DNA from: Salinispira sp. | GTDB lineage: Bacteria; Spirochaetota; Spirochaetia; DSM-27196; Salinispiraceae | Length of the DNA stretch: 64,000 bases | Assembly (NCBI GenBank): GCA_965226555.1 | Contig: CBDDDG010000001.1 | Location: 96,001 to 160,000, forward strand | Direction: 5' to 3' | Made by a program: the position numbers and the translations under genes | Shown here: positions 58,443 to 64,000 of the stretch, piece by piece | Numbering within the stretch: the stretch's first letter is position 1 | How the letters are laid out: the number at the start of each line of letters is the position of its first letter | The notes under the pieces: model-generated | What the model was told of the DNA's origin: nothing | The model's database searches: none | The model's input: the letters and a program-made list of their open reading frames with translations, nothing else

Positions 58443-59636
58443 ATGAGTGATGAACAGTGGATGGACAGGGCTATTGCTCATGCGCGGAAGGGGCGGGTTT
58501 CTCCCAATCCGCAGGTCGGCGCCGTTCTGGTTGAGGATGGGCGGGTTCTCGGGGAGGGCTTCCATGAAGTGCACGGCGGAGCTCATGCCGAGCGTAATGC
58601 CATTGATGATGCCGTCCGCCGCAGCGGTACAAGCACATTCCCGAATGCAACACTCTATTGCACCTTGGAACCCTGCTGTTATACTCATCCATCAAAGCGC
58701 CAACCGCCCTGTACCTCCGCAATTATTGAAGCGGGTATTTCACGTGTTGTTCTTGCCCATCGCGACCCCAATCCGCATGTCCGCGGAAGGGGCTGCGATC
58801 TTCTGCGGAAGCAGGGGATCGTTGTTGAAACAGGCTGCAGAAGACAGGCTGCGCAGGAACTCAACTCCGGCTTTATTACCCGCATGCTGAGCGGAAAACC
58901 TCATGTGCGCATAAAGCTTGCGCAGTCTGTCGATGGCCGTATTGCGAGCATAACAGGAGATTCCCGCTGGATCAGCGATGAACAGGCACGGCGCCGTGTT
59001 CATGAGATGCGGGCAGCCTCCGATGCTCTTATGGTCGGTGCAGGAACCATCCGCGCCGATGATCCCCGCCTCGATGTTCGGCATGTTGAAGGAGCAAACC
59101 CCCGCATTATTATTCCCGATCCGCTGCTCTCTGTTTCTCCCGAATCTCGGGCAGTGAAGGAGGGGACAATTATTTTTCACACCGCAGCTGCTCCCGGGGA
59201 GCGCCGCCGCATCTTTACGGAGAGCGGCGCCGAGTTATGCGAGCTTCCGCATCAAAATCGGCAGGCAAATCAACAGAACGATCAGCAGGCAAATCAACAG
59301 AACGATAAGCAGGCAAATCAACAGAAAAATCAGCAGACCGAGCACATTTCACTGAATGATCTGCTTCTGGAATTGGGCAGGCGGCAGATAAATACCCTTC
59401 TCGTTGAGGGCGGGGCAGGCATTGTTACCTCGCTTATACGGGAGGGTCTGTTTGATGAGCTTATTCTGTTTATTGCGCCCATGGTGATCGGGAGGGGATT
59501 GGCAGGCATTGGGGAGCTGGGAATACGGAATGTTGAGGAATCTGAGCGCCTGAACCATGTGAGCTGGGAAGTGATCGGAGATCAGGTAATGTTCAGAGGA
59601 AGAAGACGGGGAGCAGTATGTTTACAGGAATTATAG
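58443..59636 (+). CDS. ribD: Bifunctional diaminohydroxyphosphoribosylaminopyrimidine deaminase/reductase
   Basis: PNPQVGAV, HAE, TLEPC...PPC, KLAQSVDG, LLVEGGA; AGGAGA SD. Confidence 0.95.
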   Translation: MSDEQWMDRAIAHARKGRVSPNPQVGAVLVEDGRVLGEGFHEVHGGAHAERNAIDDAVRRSGTSTFPNATLYCTLEPCCYTHPSKRQPPCTSAIIEAGISRVVLAHRDPNPHVRGRGCDLLRKQGIVVETGCRRQAAQELNSGFITRMLSGKPHVRIKLAQSVDGRIASITGDSRWISDEQARRRVHEMRAASDALMVGAGTIRADDPRLDVRHVEGANPRIIIPDPLLSVSPESRAVKEGTIIFHTAAAPGERRRIFTESGAELCELPHQNRQANQQNDQQANQQNDKQANQQKNQQTEHISLNDLLLELGRRQINTLLVEGGAGIVTSLIREGLFDELILFIAPMVIGRGLAGIGELGIRNVEESERLNHVSWEVIGDQVMFRGRRRGAVCLQEL

Positions 59637-60238
59637 AAGAAATTGGAGTAGTGAAGAGTGTGCAGACTATGTCGGGGGGGCGCCGCCTGCGCATTGAGGC
59701 GCCCGGGTCGCTAGGTAAAATTGGGAGTTCCATTTCGGTGGATGGCGTATGTCAGACTGTTGTCAGACACGATACGCGCTGTTTTACGGTGGAATGTCTG
59801 GAGGTAAGTCTGCAGAAGACGACCCTTGGAAATCTGCGTGAGCATTCCCGTGTTAACCTGGAGCGCGCGCTGCCTGCCAATGGAAGACTGGACGGACACA
59901 TTGTGCAGGGGCATGTGAACGGCAGGGGAAAAATTGAGGATATTGAGCAGCGGGGAGACAACCGATATATTTCCATTTCACTGTCTCCCTCATTGGCGTC
60001 TTCATTGGCACCGCAGCTCATGTCTGCCTGCATTCCTGAAGGATCCATTGCGGTTAACGGTGTGAGCCTTACCATTGCGGAGATGAGGAAGGAATCAATA
60101 CTCATTAATATCATTCCCCATACCTGGGAACATACAACATTCCATTTTTCTCAGGTCGATGATGATGTCAATGTTGAAACCGATATTTTTGCCCGTTATA
60201 TTGAGCATTTTTTTAATGTAGTGAGGGAACGCAGATGA
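59618..60238 (+). CDS. ribE: Riboflavin synthase (alpha subunit)
   Basis: MFTGIIEE, SISVDGVCQTV, VNLERAL, GHIVQGHV, NGVSLT. Confidence 0.95.
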   Translation: MFTGIIEEIGVVKSVQTMSGGRRLRIEAPGSLGKIGSSISVDGVCQTVVRHDTRCFTVECLEVSLQKTTLGNLREHSRVNLERALPANGRLDGHIVQGHVNGRGKIEDIEQRGDNRYISISLSPSLASSLAPQLMSACIPEGSIAVNGVSLTIAEMRKESILINIIPHTWEHTTFHFSQVDDDVNVETDIFARYIEHFFNVVRERR

Positions 60239-61524
60239 TTGATAAGACTGATAAGACTGATATGAAGGCTGTTCTGAATGAACTGAAAGACGGCAGGATG
60301 ATTATTGTTACTGATGATGAGGACAGGGAAAATGAGGGCGATTTGCTCATGGCAGCTTCCTGTGTCCGTGCCCGAGATGTCAATTTCATGGCAAAATACG
60401 GCAGGGGACTGATATGTCAGTCCATAACCGCTGAACGGGCGCGCACTCTGGGGCTTCATGCCATGGCGCCGGATAACAATGCTGCTCTCAGCACTGCCTT
60501 CACGGTGAGTGTCGATGCCCGCGGCACGACAAGCACCGGTATTTCTGCCGCCGACCGCGCTGCCACAGTGCGCACCATTATCCACCCCAATACGAAACCC
60601 GATGATCTCCTGCGCCCCGGGCATATTTTTCCGCTTATTGCGCATGAAAAGGGAGTTCTCGGCCGCAGGGGGCATACTGAAGCCGGGGTTGATCTGGCGC
60701 GAATGGCCGGACTCCAGCCCTCAGCGCTTATCTGTGAAATTATGGATGACGATGGGACAATGGCGCGGGGAGACCGGCTTAAGGAATTGGCGGCTAAGTG
60801 GGGCGTAGCTATGGTTACTATTCAGGATATTATCGATTTTCGCCTGCGGAATGAATTGAAGCGTGTTGCCGAAACCAGATTACCCACCGATTATGGCGAT
60901 TTTCACCTCATTGCCTATGAACCCGAGGCCTTTGCCCTTATAAAAAAGACTCCCGCGAGCGCGCCGAGCGCGCCGCAAAACCCCGCTGGCGCTGCGGACT
61001 CATCCCCGAAAGGCGCTGCGAAGGGCAGCCGGGGCGTTGCGGGCGCGCCGGGAGCTCATCCGCGTCCGCGTCCGCTGGTGCGCATTCATTCCGAGTGCCT
61101 CACCGGTGAATCCTGGGGTTCTCGGCGCTGCGATTGCGGCTTTCAGCTTCACCATGCCATGAGCCTCATGGAAGAGGAGGGGGCTGGGGTCATTGTGTAT
61201 CTGCGCCAGGAGGGGAGGGGAATTGGGCTCGTGAACAAAATCAGGGCCTATGTTCTTCAGGATGAGGGTATGGATACTGAAGAGGCTAATCGGCATCTGC
61301 ATTTACCGATAGATGACAGAGATTATCGTCTGGCCGCTGCAATTCTGTCGGACCTTGATATCGGCAGCTGCAGACTGCTCACAAACAATCCTGAAAAAAT
61401 TAATGCCCTTGAAGGCTTCGATATGCAGCGTGTGAGTCTGGAGGCTGAACAAAATGCCGATAATCGGTATTATCTTAAAACAAAGAAAGAAAAATTCGGA
61501 CATTTATTATCACTCCGTAAGTGA
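60235..61524 (+). CDS. ribBA: Bifunctional DHBP synthase / GTP cyclohydrolase II
   Basis: [34 protein letters not shown]...[18 protein letters not shown]. Confidence 0.96.
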   Translation: MIDKTDKTDMKAVLNELKDGRMIIVTDDEDRENEGDLLMAASCVRARDVNFMAKYGRGLICQSITAERARTLGLHAMAPDNNAALSTAFTVSVDARGTTSTGISAADRAATVRTIIHPNTKPDDLLRPGHIFPLIAHEKGVLGRRGHTEAGVDLARMAGLQPSALICEIMDDDGTMARGDRLKELAAKWGVAMVTIQDIIDFRLRNELKRVAETRLPTDYGDFHLIAYEPEAFALIKKTPASAPSAPQNPAGAADSSPKGAAKGSRGVAGAPGAHPRPRPLVRIHSECLTGESWGSRRCDCGFQLHHAMSLMEEEGAGVIVYLRQEGRGIGLVNKIRAYVLQDEGMDTEEANRHLHLPIDDRDYRLAAAILSDLDIGSCRLLTNNPEKINALEGFDMQRVSLEAEQNADNRYYLKTKKEKFGHLLSLRK

Positions 61525-61536
61525 GAGGAGAAATGT

Positions 61537-61998
61537 ATGACTATCACAGAGGGTATGCTTGATGCCCGGGGCAAAAAATTTGCTATTGTACAGAGCCAAT
61601 GTAATGGTATGATCACATCCAGCCTTGTTGAGGGAGCGGTGAGCTGTATTATCCGCCACAATGGGCAGGATGAGAATATCAGCGTGGTGAAGGTGCCGGG
61701 AGCATTCGAAATTCCGCTCATCACCAAAAAACTGGCCCGTAGCGGACAGTATGATGCTGTTATCTGTCTCGGAGCGATCATTCGGGGGGCAACGCCTCAT
61801 TTTGAGTATTTAGCAGCGCAGGTCACCAGGGATGTGAGCGCCATTGCGCTGGAAACATTGGTACCGGCGGCTTTCGGTATTCTGACAACCGACAGTATTG
61901 AACAGGCCATAGAACGGGCCGGCACAAAGTCGGGCAACAAGGGCTGGGAGGCAGCTGCGGCAGCCATTGAAATGGCATCTCTCATTGAAAAACTGTAA
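61537..61998 (+). CDS. ribH: 6,7-dimethyl-8-ribityllumazine synthase
   Basis: VPGAFEIP, LGAIIRGATPHFEY, QAIERAGTKSGNKG. Confidence 0.96.
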   Translation: MTITEGMLDARGKKFAIVQSQCNGMITSSLVEGAVSCIIRHNGQDENISVVKVPGAFEIPLITKKLARSGQYDAVICLGAIIRGATPHFEYLAAQVTRDVSAIALETLVPAAFGILTTDSIEQAIERAGTKSGNKGWEAAAAAIEMASLIEKL

Positions 61999-61999
61999 T

Positions 62000-62056
62000 C
62001 CGCATCAATCCGCCAGCCCCCGCATCAATCTGCCAGCCCCCGCATCAATCCGCCAG
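62000..62056. repeat. Three tandem 20-bp repeats between the convergent ribH and trkH genes
   Basis: CCGCATCAATC(C/T)GCCAGCCC twice plus a third near-copy. Confidence 0.8.
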
Positions 62057-62066
62057 ACCTCCCGCA

Positions 62067-63518
62067 TCATTTCTGCCAGAACTTCGGAAGAAACAGCACC
62101 AGCACCGTGTAAATTTCCAAGCGTCCGAGCATCATCATGGCGCTGAGGTACCACTTTATGGGATCGGAGAAAAAGGCATAGTTCCTGCTCGGTCCAATGA
62201 GGCTGAAGCCCGGGCCGATGTTTCCGAGAGTTGCCAGAGCCGTGGTGAGGCTTGTAAGCAGATCATGGCCGTCGCTGCTCACGACGATGGTGGTGAGTAT
62301 GATGAAAAAAAGATAGAGAATAACAAAACCGGAAATGGTATGCAGGGTTGTTTTCCGTAAGCGGCGCTTATCTATGTGTACGGTAAAGACTCCCCGAGGG
62401 CGGATGAGGTAGTACATTTCCGTGAAGCTCTTTTTGAGAAGGGCGGCAATTCGTATGACTTTTACCCCGCCGCCTGTGGATCCGGCGCAGCCGCCGATGA
62501 ACATAAGCGCAAACAGCAGGGCCTGACTGAGTCCGGGCCAGAGCGCAAAATCGGCTGTGGCATAGCCGGTGGTCGTAAGAATACTGGCTGTCTGAAAACC
62601 CGCATGGCGGAGGCTGGTAGAAAAATGCGCGTAGGTTCCCGAGCGTTGAAGATTGACTGCCATTATGAGTCCCGCAACAAAAAATATACTGAGATACACC
62701 TTCAGTTCGCTATTTTGCCGGAGAATACGGAATTGTCCGGTAAGCAGCCGATAATGCATAATGAAATTCATTCCGGCAAGTATCATGAACAGGGTAATAA
62801 CGTTCTGAATGTAGGGGCTGGTGTAATGGCCGACACTGGCATTCTTCGGACTGAAGCCTCCGGTTGCAAGTGTACCGAAGGTGTGCGTGAGGGCATCGAA
62901 GAGGTCCATGCCGCCAATCATGAGGAGCGATGTCTCCAGCACTGTCATACCAAGATAGATCATCCACAGAATTTTCGCCGTTCCTGCGATGCGGTTGGTA
63001 AGGCGATCAACATCGGGGCCGGGAGCCTCCGCCTTCATGAGCTGCAGCCCGCCAATTCCGAGAAGAGGGGAAAGGGCAACTGCGAGTACCACAATTCCCA
63101 TGCCGCCGAGCCAGTGCGTGAGGCTCCGCCAGAACAGGAGAGGGCGCGGGAGAGCTTCAATGTTACTGAGAATTGATGCTCCTGTTGTTGTGAAACCGCT
63201 CATCGTTTCAAAAAACGCATCGGTATATGCGGGAATGCTGCCGTCAATAACAAAGGGAAGGGCGCCGATGGCGCTCATCAGAATCCATGCAAGGCTTACA
63301 AGAAGAAAGCCATCGCGCGGGGTCATTAGTTCCTTATGCCGGTGAGTAAAAATCAAGATAACAAGAGAAAGCGATATGCCGACGAAGAAGGGAAGAATAA
63401 AGGGCATCATGAATTCCGGGTTGCCTTCAATGAGCGCCACCATCATCGGAGCCAGCATGAATATACTGACCATGAAAATAATTACTCCCAGCGCCCGGAA
63501 AATTGCCTGCCAGTTCAT
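62067..63518 (-). CDS. trkH: Trk potassium uptake permease
   Basis: FFETMSGFTTTGAS, WLGGMGI, ATGGFS, TTTGY, GGCAGSTGGG.K..R, GNIGPG, GRLEI. Confidence 0.95.
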   Translation of the reverse strand: MNWQAIFRALGVIIFMVSIFMLAPMMVALIEGNPEFMMPFILPFFVGISLSLVILIFTHRHKELMTPRDGFLLVSLAWILMSAIGALPFVIDGSIPAYTDAFFETMSGFTTTGASILSNIEALPRPLLFWRSLTHWLGGMGIVVLAVALSPLLGIGGLQLMKAEAPGPDVDRLTNRIAGTAKILWMIYLGMTVLETSLLMIGGMDLFDALTHTFGTLATGGFSPKNASVGHYTSPYIQNVITLFMILAGMNFIMHYRLLTGQFRILRQNSELKVYLSIFFVAGLIMAVNLQRSGTYAHFSTSLRHAGFQTASILTTTGYATADFALWPGLSQALLFALMFIGGCAGSTGGGVKVIRIAALLKKSFTEMYYLIRPRGVFTVHIDKRRLRKTTLHTISGFVILYLFFIILTTIVVSSDGHDLLTSLTTALATLGNIGPGFSLIGPSRNYAFFSDPIKWYLSAMMMLGRLEIYTVLVLFLPKFWQK

Positions 63519-64000
63519 ATAATTGATGGTTCTCCGCTGTTTACCAGTTCTTCAATGCGGGGAACGTGCTCCTTTCTGGCAAGAATGATAATGTGATCCT
63601 CCGCCTCAATAAGCGATTCGCCAACAGGAATAAAGGTTTCATTCTGCCGTTTGATGTAGAGGATGATGGTTTCCGGCGGTAAATAGATATCTTTGAGCTG
63701 ATTTCCGATAATTTCACTCCCCGGGTCAACCTGAAGTTCCAGGAAGTCGATAATTCCCTGAGCTGCGCTCTGAATTGAGGTAATGTTTCCCTTGAGCAGA
63801 TAGCGGACAATGGAATTTACCACGGTGTTTTTCAGGCTTATCGTAATGCCGAGGCCCAGTTCATTCGCTATACGGGTGTAGTTTTCAGTCCGTACAAGTG
63901 TTATGGCCCGTTCAATGCCGATTGTTCGGGCATAGAGGCTGGTAACAATGTTCAATTCCGGGTTTTCGGTGGCGGTAACGAGCAAATTACATTCATTTAA
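63515..64000 (-). CDS. trkA: Trk potassium uptake NAD-binding subunit, 3' part (runs off the right edge)
   Basis: ATENPELN, TrkA-C/RCK_C domain (GSEIIG..LKDI.LP...IKRQ..FIP.G); the frame is open to the window end. Confidence 0.85.
   Translation of the reverse strand, partial: LNECNLLVTATENPELNIVTSLYARTIGIERAITLVRTENYTRIANELGLGITISLKNTVVNSIVRYLLKGNITSIQSAAQGIIDFLELQVDPGSEIIGNQLKDIYLPPETIILYIKRQNETFIPVGESLIEAEDHIIILARKEHVPRIEELVNSGEPSII

Noticed and set aside
58093..58688. Minus-strand ORFs of 76 and 122 aa
   Set aside because: Antisense to the FMN riboswitch and ribD
62000..62056. 20-bp repeats as a mini-CRISPR
   Set aside because: Directly tandem with no spacers

Overview
Bacterial chromosomal window, most likely a spirochaete (Spirochaetia-like gene content; inferred, not searched). 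Left: a minus-strand housekeeping run (fumC, TPR protein, M16C peptidase, partial corA). Directly upstream is an AT-rich defence island with a heavily deleted BcgI-like (type IIB) R-M relic and an apparently intact, overlapping four-gene operon: Panacea/YwgA-like protein, small PD-(D/E)XK protein, unknown Zn-motif protein and SIR2 protein. An aldo/keto reductase and a small lipoprotein/membrane trio follow. Next is a ~23 kb mosaic surface-polysaccharide cluster (wzx, probable KDN pathway, wzy-like, ManNAcA block, gmd/fcl, ABC exporter) interrupted by an IS3 element. Then comes a tandem array of five Rpn/YhgA PD-(D/E)XK genes; each has an internal SD+ATG for a small C-terminal protein and two copies are broken by a ~130-bp hairpin element. 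After it are an IS481-family element, a truncated NYN gene with a structured leader, an ABC permease/LolA-like locus, cysQ-cysD, an FN3+DUF285 lipoprotein, wecA, a Wzi-like protein, an FMN riboswitch with the ribD-ribE-ribBA-ribH operon, and trkH/trkA. A nested palindromic repeat family (30/57/130 bp) is scattered through the window, always co-oriented with local transcription. No rRNA, tRNA or CRISPR array was seen.
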